From Clostridia bacterium (GTDB lineage Bacteria > Bacillota > Clostridia > Oscillospirales > CAG-272), in the NCBI GenBank assembly GCA_017621415.1, contig JAGATD010000033.1:83311-147310 (forward strand): DNA of 64,000 nucleotides, given 5' to 3'. The notes under the pieces were generated by a model. It was not told the origin of the DNA, searched no databases, and was given only the letters and a program-made list of their open reading frames with translations. Below, one piece after another: positions 37,029 to 46,953 of this stretch; position 1 is the first letter of the stretch, and the number at the start of each line of letters is the position of its first letter. A program made the translations under genes and the position numbers.

Positions 37029-37979
37029 TTAATTAGCTTTTTGCCCTTTTTTCTCTGTTTTTTCACGTCTGTTATCGGGAATTTCCTCGGGCGGAGGACA
37101 GGCGCCTCCAACGTAGACCATTGTCAAAAGTGAGAATACAAGGGCTTGAACAAAGCCCGAAAACAGGTCGAAATACACGGAGAGAAATGCGGGAATACCT
37201 ACCTGAAGAAAAGGTATTTGGGAAATCATATCAGGCAGGAATGAAAATACCAGCTGAGAAAGACCTGCCAAAGCAGCATAGATAAGGGCGGTAAGAACAC
37301 CGCCTCCGGCAACGTTACCGAAATGACGGAAAGCAAGAGAAATGGGCTGAGCAATTTCTGATACAATATTCATAGGTGTCATAACCACAATGGGCTCGGT
37401 AAAGCCCTTAAGCCATGCCCCAAAGCCAAAGTTTTTGATATTGTTGTACCATACCATGCCTGTTGTAACAAGCGCCCACGCTAGGGTTACGGAGAGGTCA
37501 GCGGTTGCGGAGGGAAGCAGCTGAGTCATCCCGAGAAGCGTTCCTAAAATAGAAGAAAGAAAAAGTGTTCCTATATAGGGCGCGAACTTCGCGTTATGCT
37601 TGCCCATAGTGTCCTCTACCAGGTTGTAAAGCATTGTAACAAGCTTTTCTATAACTATCTGCACTCCGGTGGGGCGCTTTTTAAGTCCCCTGGTCAGAAC
37701 ACAGGCAAGAACAACTAAAATAAGTGTAACCGCACACAGCGAAATGGTAGTTACAGTTAAAATATTACCAAGCTCCAAAATAGGAATACTTTCCGAAATC
37801 TCCTGAAGAGCAGGGATGCCAAATATTACTCTTGCGCCGTTTGGAGAAATCAGCGCCCCATCATCCTCCGGCACCGGAATAGCATCATAGAGCAGGGCTA
37901 CAAGAAGGCATAGACCGCTGATTACGGCTAAGACCGCAAACAGTACCGCAAGCCTTACTATTATCTTTTTGTTTTTCAT
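37029..37979 (-). CDS. atpB: Fo ATP synthase subunit a (with an N-terminal extension)
   Basis: Polytopic membrane protein; conserved LAFRHFGNV..G (essential Arg). Confidence 0.9.
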   Translation of the reverse strand: MKNKKIIVRLAVLFAVLAVISGLCLLVALLYDAIPVPEDDGALISPNGARVIFGIPALQEISESIPILELGNILTVTTISLCAVTLILVVLACVLTRGLKKRPTGVQIVIEKLVTMLYNLVEDTMGKHNAKFAPYIGTLFLSSILGTLLGMTQLLPSATADLSVTLAWALVTTGMVWYNNIKNFGFGAWLKGFTEPIVVMTPMNIVSEIAQPISLAFRHFGNVAGGGVLTALIYAALAGLSQLVFSFLPDMISQIPFLQVGIPAFLSVYFDLFSGFVQALVFSLLTMVYVGGACPPPEEIPDNRREKTEKKGQKAN

Positions 37980-38437
37980 TTTTCGGTTTTTCCTTTTAAT
38001 GTTTCACTAATGTAAATAAGCGGCCTGAACATAAGCATCGGGATTGCTGTGCAAAGCGGATTAAACCAACCGGTAACAAAGGCGATTACAAGTGCTGCAA
38101 GCATTGAGAGGGTCCTTATTATAAACGAGAACTTGATTTTGTTCTGAATCACCATAGAATTCTCGTTGGTGAAGCGCTCTGCCTCTTCTTCGGTCATTTC
38201 CCGAGAGCCTCTTGCCTCAAGATAGCTGTCCACCGCGCGATTGACCGACAGGGTAAGAAACGCAAAGTTGAGTACAACAACCAGCGCTCCGAGAATGGCA
38301 CCTGTTACAGCACTTAGGTCAAAGGTGTATTCTGTGAAAAGCGAAATTACAAATGCTCCGATAGCCGTCAATGCGGCAATAACGATTTCTCCGACAATAA
38401 GTATAATTACTTGGCGGTTAGTTTGCTTTTTATCCAT
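37976..38437 (-). CDS. atpI: ATP synthase subunit I-like membrane protein
   Basis: Four predicted TM helices. Start taken at ATG 38437, overlapping the upstream stop by 8 nt; the ORF-track start is 38488. Confidence 0.6.
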   Translation of the reverse strand: MDKKQTNRQVIILIVGEIVIAALTAIGAFVISLFTEYTFDLSAVTGAILGALVVVLNFAFLTLSVNRAVDSYLEARGSREMTEEEAERFTNENSMVIQNKIKFSFIIRTLSMLAALVIAFVTGWFNPLCTAIPMLMFRPLIYISETLKGKTEK

Positions 38438-38714
38438 TATTATTACCTGTTTTATCAGATTTTTTACTACTGTTTTGCTCTTTTTCAAGCCTTTCGTATG
38501 CCGCCATAGCGGAGAGCACGAATTTTATCATGGAATAAAACCCCGAAAGAGCTCCGAGGGTGATAAGAACTGCATATATCCACCTCGGCGCGGAAAGATA
38601 GGTTACAAGAAGCCAAGAAAGCCCAAAGCCTAATCCGATAGGAATTGAGAGAGTGAATACGGCTTGAGAGACGATGTTGAAGATATATAAAGCGCTGACA
38701 AGTTTTTTATACAC
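38430..38714 (-). CDS. AtpZ/AtpI-family small membrane protein (first gene of the atp operon)
   Basis: 94 aa, two TM helices; GTG start 8 nt after GGGAGG. Confidence 0.6.
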   Translation of the reverse strand: MYKKLVSALYIFNIVSQAVFTLSIPIGLGFGLSWLLVTYLSAPRWIYAVLITLGALSGFYSMIKFVLSAMAAYERLEKEQNSSKKSDKTGNNNG

Positions 38715-38754
38715 CTGCTGTCCTCCCTAAAAATTACCAACTTTCCACATATAG

Positions 38755-38783
38755 TATATTACACCAAAACGGATATAAAATCA
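38755..38783 (-). promoter_or_regulatory. candidate promoter of the atp operon
   Basis: On the - strand: TTGATT, 17 bp, TAATAT. Confidence 0.4.
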
Positions 38784-38927
38784 AGAAGCGCAGCGAAAGT
38801 TAAAATTTTAACTTTTGTTCCGGCAAATAATAGCACAATAATGCGCCGTGTTTTTTGTGCAAAAGCGACATTCATAAAGAAACAAGCGGATATTGCTACC
38901 GTAAAATTGGGCAAATATCCGCTTAAC

Positions 38928-39659
38928 TTATATTTGGCTCTCAGAGCTCATTTTGTATTTTCTGGGAGACATTCCGAAATGGGACTTAAAGGTTTTTGAA
39001 AAATATGCCATATCAAGGAACCCGCATTTTTGCGCAATTTCATTTACCGAAAGCTCGGTAGAGAGAAGCATATCTCCCGCATTTTTTATTCTCACGTGAT
39101 TTAGGAATTTTACAGGGGGCATTTTGGCAACCTCAAGAAATTTGCTTCTGATATAATCCTCAGCATAGCCGCTGGCGCGCATAAGATCGCCCGCTCTCAG
39201 ATGAGGGTCGCCATATCTGTCTTCCATTATGGAAATAATTCTGTAAATTGTGGAATACACATCCTTTGCGTACTCGGTGCGCTTCATAAGAGCAAAACGG
39301 ACAAGGGCATTTATGCAGGCATTTGCATAAGCCTCGTTCTCCAAAGCGTAGCGCAGGGCTGTCTCAGCGAGCATTTTTGCTTCGCCAAACTCTGTGTCGT
39401 GAGTTTCATAAATATCGGTCAAAAAGGTGAGGTTATCAAGGTGCTCACCTATAGAAATTATTCTGTGAGAGATTTTTGAACGGGTTGCATGAGGAACATT
39501 CGGCGGTGCAATAAAAAGGCATCCCGGAGAAAAGGGAATTTCTCCGTACTGGGTGATAAGTGAGCCCTCGCCCTCCAGGACAAACATTATTTCGTGATGT
39601 GGGTGGGTGTGCATTGGCCTAAAGTTAACATTAGGCGCCGTGACCTGTGCGTACAACAT
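38928..39659 (-). CDS. AraC-family transcriptional regulator with N-terminal cupin sensor domain
   Basis: Cupin HTHPHHEIMFVLEGEG; C-terminal AraC HTH LSVNEIAQKCGFLDMAYFSKTFKSHFGMSPRKY. Confidence 0.85.
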   Translation of the reverse strand: MLYAQVTAPNVNFRPMHTHPHHEIMFVLEGEGSLITQYGEIPFSPGCLFIAPPNVPHATRSKISHRIISIGEHLDNLTFLTDIYETHDTEFGEAKMLAETALRYALENEAYANACINALVRFALMKRTEYAKDVYSTIYRIISIMEDRYGDPHLRAGDLMRASGYAEDYIRSKFLEVAKMPPVKFLNHVRIKNAGDMLLSTELSVNEIAQKCGFLDMAYFSKTFKSHFGMSPRKYKMSSESQI

Positions 39660-40085
39660 ATCTTACTCCGATCGATATCGTAATAGTTGATATTCTACAG
39701 TTAGTTTAACATTTTGTCTATCTTTTATTCAAGACTTTTCTTAAAAGAAGTGTGTTTTATACATAAACTGCTATCTTTTATTATAAAAACTTTTAACATA
39801 GCTCAAAAAAAGGCTTTTCTACATTATTTATTTGAATAAAATATATTTTTCGCTTTCGAGAGTATCAGAGAATGACGTTTTATAGCCGAGTTGTCTGATT
39901 TGGGGCTCAATTAGTATGTTTTACACAAGAATTAGTCTGTTTTATTATACAAAATTTTCAAAAATAATGATATACTAGAAATGTAAAATATGCAAGTTGA
40001 CTATACATAGTTTATCTCTATGCTTTTGTTGTTTAATTTAGTGCTATATTGTAAATGCCATTATGTTTAATTTAAGGAGAATTGT

Positions 40086-43000
40086 ATGAAAAAATTAAAT
40101 TTTTTAATTGCTTCTATGATACTTTCGCTTGCTGTGCTTGCTTCCTGCACAGGTGGTGAAAGCGAGGATAGTAAAAACAACCCGGGCGGCGGTCAAGAGG
40201 GAGAGACAGCTTCTATTGCGATAATCTTCCCCAATACCGAAAACAGTAAGGTTACAGACAGTTTTTATGAATTTTATTATGCGCTTGGAGACCTTACAGG
40301 AGCAACACCTGAGCTTATCGGTGCAACCGACAGTCGGCGAGAGAGGGAAATCATTTTCGGCAAGAGTGAGCGAGATGTATCTGTTGAGGCTTACCGCAGA
40401 CTTGAAAGAATAGATCTTTCTGATGAGGATATAGATGCTAAAAATCCCAGGGTGCTTATCTACTCTGACGGAAAGTCTGTTGCGGTGGCATATGAGGAGT
40501 GCGAGGATGATGTTGCGCTTATTACGGCTATCGGCATACTTAATGAGAAAATTTCTTCCTTGTATCCTACCACGCAATCGGGCGTTTTACATAAAGAGGT
40601 TGTAAGCCTCGATAAATACTATCAGGCTATTGATGATAAAATGATTTCTGAAAAATGGGCAGCTCTCGAAGACAAGATAGGCGGAACTCTTGGAAAAGAC
40701 ATTGTATCCGCTATGAAAGGGTTGTATTCGCTTTATTCTGATGACCTCATCTCCTGGTTTGCAAACCTTTATGACCCGGCGGTAGGCGGATTTTATTATT
40801 CAAATTCCGCGAGAAATACCGATGGCTATCTTCCCGATGCAGAAAGTACAGAGCAGGCGTTGCGTTTTATTAACACATCGGGCATGATTGAGGGTGTAGC
40901 CGACAGCTATGCAAAGGCCCTGCCGGAGGAGATAGGCGAGCAAATAGTTAACTTTATATACAATCTCCAGGACTCTAACGGATATTTCTATCATCCCCAG
41001 TGGTCAAAAGAGGCGGTAGATAACAGAGTATCCCGCCGTTCAAGAGACCTTAGCCACTGTGTATCAATACTTTCTGCCTACGGTGTGGCTCCCCAGTATA
41101 AAACTCCGTCGGGTGTTGACACCGAGAATGCAGAGCCTGTATCATTCGTTAATCTTACAGGTCGGCTTAGAGCATCTGCTGTTAGCGCGGTTTCGAAAAT
41201 CATTGCGGCCTCAGACTCGGAGGTTGCCGTTGACCCTAATCTTAAGGATGACGTAAGCTTCCGCAAATATCTTGACAGTCTTGATGTACAAAACAATTCA
41301 TACAGCGCAGGAAACACACTTACCGCATTTTTCAGCGAGATAGAGTATAGAGACAGTGTTTTGCAGGAGCAGAATGTTGGTTACTCGCTTGTTGATATAA
41401 TGATAGAGCATCTCAACTCAAAGCAGTTCGAGCATAACGGCCTCTGGCACAAGGAGACTAATTACTACGCAGTAAACGGACTTATGAAGATAAGCGGTGT
41501 TTACTCAAAGGCGGGAGTTCCTATTCCCAATTCCGAGAAGGCTACAAGAGCCGCCATGGATGCCATAACCTCCGAGGAGGAAGCGGGCGCTGTAACCGAT
41601 ATTTATAACACATGGTTCGCAGTCAGCCGTATGTTCAATATTATGACAAAGTATGGCGGTGCAGAGGGAGAAGCCCTCACTGAGACAATGAGAGCCGAGC
41701 TGCTGGCAAAAGCACCTGAGGCTATCAAGACAACGGCTGAAAAATTTGCGGCATTCCTTAAGGAAGACGGCTCATTCTCCTACACTCCTATGTATTCTTC
41801 CAAGAACTCTCAGGGTATGCCGGTTGCTGTTCCAAACAGTGTCGAGGGAGATGTAAACGCAACCGTAATTTGCAGCTCTGATGTTCTCGGTTACATATAT
41901 AGCGCTCTTGGTCTTAGCGATTATAAGGTTCCTATGTGTACATACAACGATTGGAGACATTATAAGGCGATTCTAGAAAATCTTGGACCCGTAATAAAGG
42001 ATACTGAGGATCCTATATACGAGCCGATAAGCTTTGACGATCAATCCCTTGACCAGGAAGAGATATATATAGAAAATCTTACGTTCTCCGAGCGCTCAAA
42101 GGCTGCGGGCGGCGGAGTATCTCTTATCGCTGACCCGAGAGAGGGCTATACTGGAAATGTTCTCAAGGTAACATCTATCACAGGAACAAGCGATTCTATT
42201 GATATAAGCTCGCCCAATCTGTCTCACGCATTTTCTTGCTTCGCTTTTGAGGGAGATTTCTGTCTTGTTTCATCAAATACCGATTTCCCTGTAAGATTTT
42301 CGATAGGTGATTGCTACATTGTATCATTGAAGATATCCGACGGCCACATAAGGCTTGTACAGTCCACCTCGGGAACGGCAAGCAAGTCTCAGGACACAAT
42401 TCTCTGCGACGGACCTGCGCTTGGCGAGTGGTTCAGCTTTAAGGTAGAGTATTACAAGGGCGACCATAACACAGTGCGTATAAAGTTCTATTTTGACGGT
42501 GACCTCACAGACGGTAAGGCGCTTAAGCTTGTTGCTGTAACCGACGGATACTGCGACCCCGAGGGCTTAAAGTTTACCGAGGGCTTTGGCGAGCCGGCTA
42601 CACAGTATCATAGCACTAACCTTTGGTTTATGAAAGGGTATGATATTGTAATGCTTATGGATAACGTAGCATCCTATAAGTCAAACGATATCTACAGGAA
42701 ATATACCGATACAAAAAATCCCCTTAAGCTTAATGTTGATGCGCCTATCCCCGAAGCAGGAGACGATGCGTCAGGCATTCCCGCTTATACAGATACCTAT
42801 TATAATCTTGCGGAAGTAATAGGATCAAGATACGACTATTCTCAAAATCTCGCAAAGGATAGTATATTCAACAAGAAGTACGATAGCGAGACAGATAAAT
42901 CCACCGTCTCACTCCCAACAGTTACAGGTGTTTCGGGCGGAAAGCTTAATGTATCAAACCTCTCTAACTGGACAGCATTCGCTATCGCAAACCTTTCGGA

Positions 43001-45326
43001 GAATAAGGCAGGTACAGCGGGCGCAAAATACGTCTTTGATACAACATTTGTATGGATTGGCGGTCGTCAGACCGAGGGCACAGGCGCTGCCGCATACATC
43101 GGTCCTCTCGGCGCGCATAAGGCGGTTGATAACACATATATGCATGCGTACACCGAAATGACCTTCTCTGAAACCGACCCCGATATTATTTTTGTCGGCG
43201 GCGCGAAGCTTGAGAAAGGAAAAGCCTACAATATAAGAATAGAGTACATTGTGGGTGAATCGATACACGTCTACGTTGATAACGTAGAGGCTTACGGCGG
43301 CTTTGTTGCAAAGGGAGCTAATGCTGATGAAACAACCTTTGAGGCATTCGGCTTCTACATGCGTAAAAACTACGTTGACGCCTTTGAATTCACTTTTGAC
43401 AATACCTTTGTGGGTGTTGTTTATCCCGACAGCGAGGGAGATTATCCTATAGTTGCCGTTGACCCCAACGCGCCTCCTGCCGATGCGGGACTTCCCGAGG
43501 GTCTTGAAACACTTTATGCAAACACTGAGTATAACGGAACAAGATACGACTTTACAACCGTAGCAGATTACACAACAGATAAGATCTATAACAAGACCTC
43601 TGGTGACGGTGTTATAGCAGCCAATATCGCTAAGGTTAAAGACGGCAAGCTCTACGTTGACAATATGGGTCTTAGATGGGAGGCTCTGGCGTTCAAGAAC
43701 GAGGGCGCGACCGAAGGCGGCGATGGATACACTTATGTCTTTGAGGCGGATATCAGATGGATCTCAGGACATCAGGCGACAGATCAGCTGGCAAGCGGCG
43801 CTGCATTCATTGGCTTCCTCGGTGAGCATGCAGCGGTAGAAAATAGCTATATGCCGGCCTGGGGTTATATGAAGTTTATCGAGGGCGAAAGCAACAAGAT
43901 GATAATAGGCAACACCGAGATAAATCGCGGCACAACCTACAATCTTCGCTTCGAATATACCGTTGGTACAGGAGTTAAGATGTATGTAAACGGCACTCTT
44001 GCCGACTTTGGAAAGACTAACGCAGGCAAAAACGGTGACAGCTCCACATACCAGGGCTTCGGTATTTACTTAAGAAAGAGCTTTGCTCCCGACCTTGAAT
44101 TTACCGTTGATAACGTATATATGAATGTATTTGGGCCTGATGATATTGTTCCCGACACAACTCCCGGAAAGCCTATTCAGACCGAAACAGCAAAGGTTCT
44201 TTCCACACCTACAGGTGCTGATGGCATTGTTGTGCTGATGCACGATGACGGAACACTCGATACAGTAAGTATAATGGATAAGATCTTTGCCGACTACGGT
44301 CTGAGAGGAAATATTGCTCTTCTCGGTAACAAAGTATATGCAGACGGCGCTTATAAAACTGCCGAGATAGCAAAATGGCAGGCATATCTTAACACAGGCC
44401 GTTGGCAGATATCCTCTCACTCAATGACTCACACCTTTTGGGGACTTACCGACAAGGCAGAAACGGTTTATGCACCCGACGGCACAACTGTTCTTGCAAC
44501 AATTACCGAAGACGGAATGATCACTTATGAGGTAGTAACCTCAGCTGAGATTTTGCGTACCGCTTTCCCGGGACAAAGAGTACTCACCTTTGCTTATCCC
44601 GGCTTCTGGGCGCAGCGCTCACTTGGCGAAAGCCGCTTCTCAGCGGTGGCAAGGCTTCTTGTTGATAAGACCTATATCGCTGGCAGAGATGCTTACGGGA
44701 ACGCAAACATTTCACTGGCAGACAAAACAACCGATTGGGAGTTCTCTCCCTCGTATCAGCTTGACAGCACTAATGTAAACGACATTGTTACTGCGGTGAA
44801 TAGAGCTAAGAACGGACAAATGGCAGTTATCTTTACTCACAAGGTAATAAGCGACGACACTGAGATTCCGTCAGGCTCTGAAACAAGCTACATTCACGAG
44901 AGTGACTACTGCACCGTTGCGGCAAAGGTTAAGGATCTTGCAGATGACGGTAAGGTGTGGAATGCATTTTACGAGGATGCAGTACTTTACACCAGAGAAG
45001 CGCAGGCGGCAAATCTTACATACAGCGCTACGGGCTCAAAGATAAGGTTTAATCTTACAACCCCCGACCTTGATGTTGATATATACAACTATGCTCTCAC
45101 TGTCAGGGTTCTTGTTCCCGAAGCTTGGCAAACCGTTAAAATAGCGCAGGGAAAAAATGAAAAAGAAGTGACTGCAAGCCTTAAGGACGGTGTTTGGTGC
45201 GTTGATGTTGAGGTTGTTCCCGGTAGTGGAACAGTAACTTTGACTAATGCTGCAGAGCCTGATGTTCCCGATGTTGAGGGGGCCCCTGACAGCGGTGATA
45301 TAAGCGGCGATTGGACCGAAAACTGA
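40086..45326 (+). CDS. 1746-aa multidomain lipoprotein: N-domain, alpha/alpha-toroid-like domain, three LamG-like jelly-roll modules, CE4/NodB-like polysaccharide deacetylase domain, C-terminal beta domain
   Basis: Lipobox MKKLNFLIASMILSLAVLASC. The toroid region (nt ~40641-41990) is collinear with 45352..46725. Modules end in MLMDNVASY, FTFDNTFVGV and FTVDNVYMNV. Deacetylase-like VVLMHDDGTLDT ... SSHSMTHTFW. Confidence 0.85.
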   Translation: MKKLNFLIASMILSLAVLASCTGGESEDSKNNPGGGQEGETASIAIIFPNTENSKVTDSFYEFYYALGDLTGATPELIGATDSRREREIIFGKSERDVSVEAYRRLERIDLSDEDIDAKNPRVLIYSDGKSVAVAYEECEDDVALITAIGILNEKISSLYPTTQSGVLHKEVVSLDKYYQAIDDKMISEKWAALEDKIGGTLGKDIVSAMKGLYSLYSDDLISWFANLYDPAVGGFYYSNSARNTDGYLPDAESTEQALRFINTSGMIEGVADSYAKALPEEIGEQIVNFIYNLQDSNGYFYHPQWSKEAVDNRVSRRSRDLSHCVSILSAYGVAPQYKTPSGVDTENAEPVSFVNLTGRLRASAVSAVSKIIAASDSEVAVDPNLKDDVSFRKYLDSLDVQNNSYSAGNTLTAFFSEIEYRDSVLQEQNVGYSLVDIMIEHLNSKQFEHNGLWHKETNYYAVNGLMKISGVYSKAGVPIPNSEKATRAAMDAITSEEEAGAVTDIYNTWFAVSRMFNIMTKYGGAEGEALTETMRAELLAKAPEAIKTTAEKFAAFLKEDGSFSYTPMYSSKNSQGMPVAVPNSVEGDVNATVICSSDVLGYIYSALGLSDYKVPMCTYNDWRHYKAILENLGPVIKDTEDPIYEPISFDDQSLDQEEIYIENLTFSERSKAAGGGVSLIADPREGYTGNVLKVTSITGTSDSIDISSPNLSHAFSCFAFEGDFCLVSSNTDFPVRFSIGDCYIVSLKISDGHIRLVQSTSGTASKSQDTILCDGPALGEWFSFKVEYYKGDHNTVRIKFYFDGDLTDGKALKLVAVTDGYCDPEGLKFTEGFGEPATQYHSTNLWFMKGYDIVMLMDNVASYKSNDIYRKYTDTKNPLKLNVDAPIPEAGDDASGIPAYTDTYYNLAEVIGSRYDYSQNLAKDSIFNKKYDSETDKSTVSLPTVTGVSGGKLNVSNLSNWTAFAIANLSENKAGTAGAKYVFDTTFVWIGGRQTEGTGAAAYIGPLGAHKAVDNTYMHAYTEMTFSETDPDIIFVGGAKLEKGKAYNIRIEYIVGESIHVYVDNVEAYGGFVAKGANADETTFEAFGFYMRKNYVDAFEFTFDNTFVGVVYPDSEGDYPIVAVDPNAPPADAGLPEGLETLYANTEYNGTRYDFTTVADYTTDKIYNKTSGDGVIAANIAKVKDGKLYVDNMGLRWEALAFKNEGATEGGDGYTYVFEADIRWISGHQATDQLASGAAFIGFLGEHAAVENSYMPAWGYMKFIEGESNKMIIGNTEINRGTTYNLRFEYTVGTGVKMYVNGTLADFGKTNAGKNGDSSTYQGFGIYLRKSFAPDLEFTVDNVYMNVFGPDDIVPDTTPGKPIQTETAKVLSTPTGADGIVVLMHDDGTLDTVSIMDKIFADYGLRGNIALLGNKVYADGAYKTAEIAKWQAYLNTGRWQISSHSMTHTFWGLTDKAETVYAPDGTTVLATITEDGMITYEVVTSAEILRTAFPGQRVLTFAYPGFWAQRSLGESRFSAVARLLVDKTYIAGRDAYGNANISLADKTTDWEFSPSYQLDSTNVNDIVTAVNRAKNGQMAVIFTHKVISDDTEIPSGSETSYIHESDYCTVAAKVKDLADDGKVWNAFYEDAVLYTREAQAANLTYSATGSKIRFNLTTPDLDVDIYNYALTVRVLVPEAWQTVKIAQGKNEKEVTASLKDGVWCVDVEVVPGSGTVTLTNAAEPDVPDVEGAPDSGDISGDWTEN

Positions 45327-45351
45327 TTTATCGGTACGAGGATTTTTGAAG

Positions 45352-46725
45352 ATGAAAAACGAAAAATATTATAAGGCTCTTGCCGACAAGGTTGGCGGTG
45401 AGCAGGGAATAAAAATAGCCGAGGCTATAAGAGATATGTACACTCTCTACAAGCCCGAAATGATAGACTGGTTTGCGAACCTTTACGACCCGGCAGTTGG
45501 CGGATATTATTATTCTAACGGCGCAAGAGATAACGAAAAAATTCACTACCAGGGTGTCAGCTACGACCTGCGCCCCGATACCGAGTCTACCGAGCAGGCT
45601 CTGAGGTTTATCAGCACCTCGGGTCTTCTCGGAGACGGAACGCTAAAGGAAAAGCTCCCCGCCTGGATGCAGGAGCAGATAGTAAGGTATATTAAAGGGC
45701 TACAGGACCCTAACGGATTTTTCTATAATCCCCAGTGGCCTAAGGAGCTTACCGACTCAAAGCTTTCAAGAAGAGCCAGGGACCTTAGCTGGTGCGTGTC
45801 TATTCTTGAAAACCTAGGCTCAGCGCCCACATACGATACCCCAACAGGGGTAAAGGGCGACGGACTTGACATAGACGGCAAACCCATTAAAGTCATTGGT
45901 GAAAGCTCCTGCACCGAGAGGGAAGAGGGGCCTAAAAGCTCGGTTGCGATACCAAAAGAGCTTGAAAACAAGGAAAGCTTCATTAATTATTTAAATTCCC
46001 TCGACATAAAGCACGAGTCCTACTCGGTAGGTAATACGCTGACAGCAATTGCAGGGCAGATAATTTACAGAGACAGGGAGCTTGAAGCTGCGGGAGCTGA
46101 CTATTCGCTCAGAAAGATTGTTATCGACTGGCTTAACGAAAACCAAAATCCCGAAAACGGACTCTGGCACGAGACCGCAAACTATTACGGAGTAAACGGT
46201 CTTATGAAAACCAGCGGAGTTTACGGCAAGATAGGGGTGCTGATGCCCCATGCCGACAAAGCGGTGAAATCCGCCATAGATGCTATAAGCACAGACCAGA
46301 CTCCCGGAGCTGTAACCGATATTTACAATACTTGGTTTGCGGTTACAAGAATTAAGCGACATTTGCGTACCTACGGCGGCGACGAGGGGCAGAGAATGGC
46401 AGATAAAATAGTCGAGGACCTAATAAAAATGGCTCCCGAGGCTATAAGAATTACCAAAGAAAAGCTTTCGGTATTCGCTAAGCCCTACGGCTCATTCTCT
46501 TACACTCCTATGGCATCGGCAGGCAGGTCACAGGGAATGCCTGTTACCTTTAGAGGCGCCTATGAGGGCGACGTTAACGCAACCATAATCTGCTCATCTG
46601 ATATTCTCGGATATATGTATTCTGCACTTGAATTGTCTGATGTGAGAGTTCCTATATATTCTCCCTTGGACTTCGTAAGATACATTGAAATTCTTGAGAA
46701 AAACAGGGCTAAAATTATTGGTTAA
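45352..46725 (+). CDS. alpha/alpha-toroid-like repeat protein, no signal peptide (paralogue of 779..2032 and of the toroid domain of 40086..45326)
   Basis: Collinear similarity to the lipoprotein toroid region over the whole length (WFANLYDPAVGG(Y/F)YYSN, STEQALRF, NGLWH.E.NYY.VNGLMK.SGVY, GAVTDIYNTWFAV, GSFSYTPM, EGDVNAT(I/V)ICSSD(I/V)LGY). Confidence 0.8.
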   Translation: MKNEKYYKALADKVGGEQGIKIAEAIRDMYTLYKPEMIDWFANLYDPAVGGYYYSNGARDNEKIHYQGVSYDLRPDTESTEQALRFISTSGLLGDGTLKEKLPAWMQEQIVRYIKGLQDPNGFFYNPQWPKELTDSKLSRRARDLSWCVSILENLGSAPTYDTPTGVKGDGLDIDGKPIKVIGESSCTEREEGPKSSVAIPKELENKESFINYLNSLDIKHESYSVGNTLTAIAGQIIYRDRELEAAGADYSLRKIVIDWLNENQNPENGLWHETANYYGVNGLMKTSGVYGKIGVLMPHADKAVKSAIDAISTDQTPGAVTDIYNTWFAVTRIKRHLRTYGGDEGQRMADKIVEDLIKMAPEAIRITKEKLSVFAKPYGSFSYTPMASAGRSQGMPVTFRGAYEGDVNATIICSSDILGYMYSALELSDVRVPIYSPLDFVRYIEILEKNRAKIIG

Positions 46726-46777
46726 ATAAAAAGAGCGCAACAAAAAACAAAATAAATTAAATTGAAAGGAGACTTTT

Positions 46778-46906
46778 ATGGAAAAGCTGAAAGAATTTTA
46801 TGAAGCGGCAGAAGTCGAGGTAGTTCTTTTTGAATTTTCCGATATTGTAACTACCTCAGGTTGGGTAGACCCGCCTGGTGAGGGTGACATTGGTGACTGG
46901 GCGTGA
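46778..46906 (+). CDS. small 42-aa ORF (MEKLKEFYEAAEVEVVLFEFSDIVTTSGWVDPPGEGDIGDWA), not in the ORF track; paralogue of 2092..2232
   Basis: ATG 7 nt after AAAGGAG (46765-46771). Same position between toroid gene and secreted jelly-roll gene as at 2092, with the same DI(I/V)TTSG core and acidic Gly-rich tail ending in W-x. Confidence 0.6.
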   Translation: MEKLKEFYEAAEVEVVLFEFSDIVTTSGWVDPPGEGDIGDWA

Positions 46907-46953
46907 AATTTGTAAAAACAAAATTTTCAAAAATATGAAAGGTGAAAAAAACT

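Noticed and set aside
38241-38633. 130-aa + strand ORF across atpI/atpZ
   Set aside because: Antisense to membrane-protein genes of a complete, collinear atp operon.
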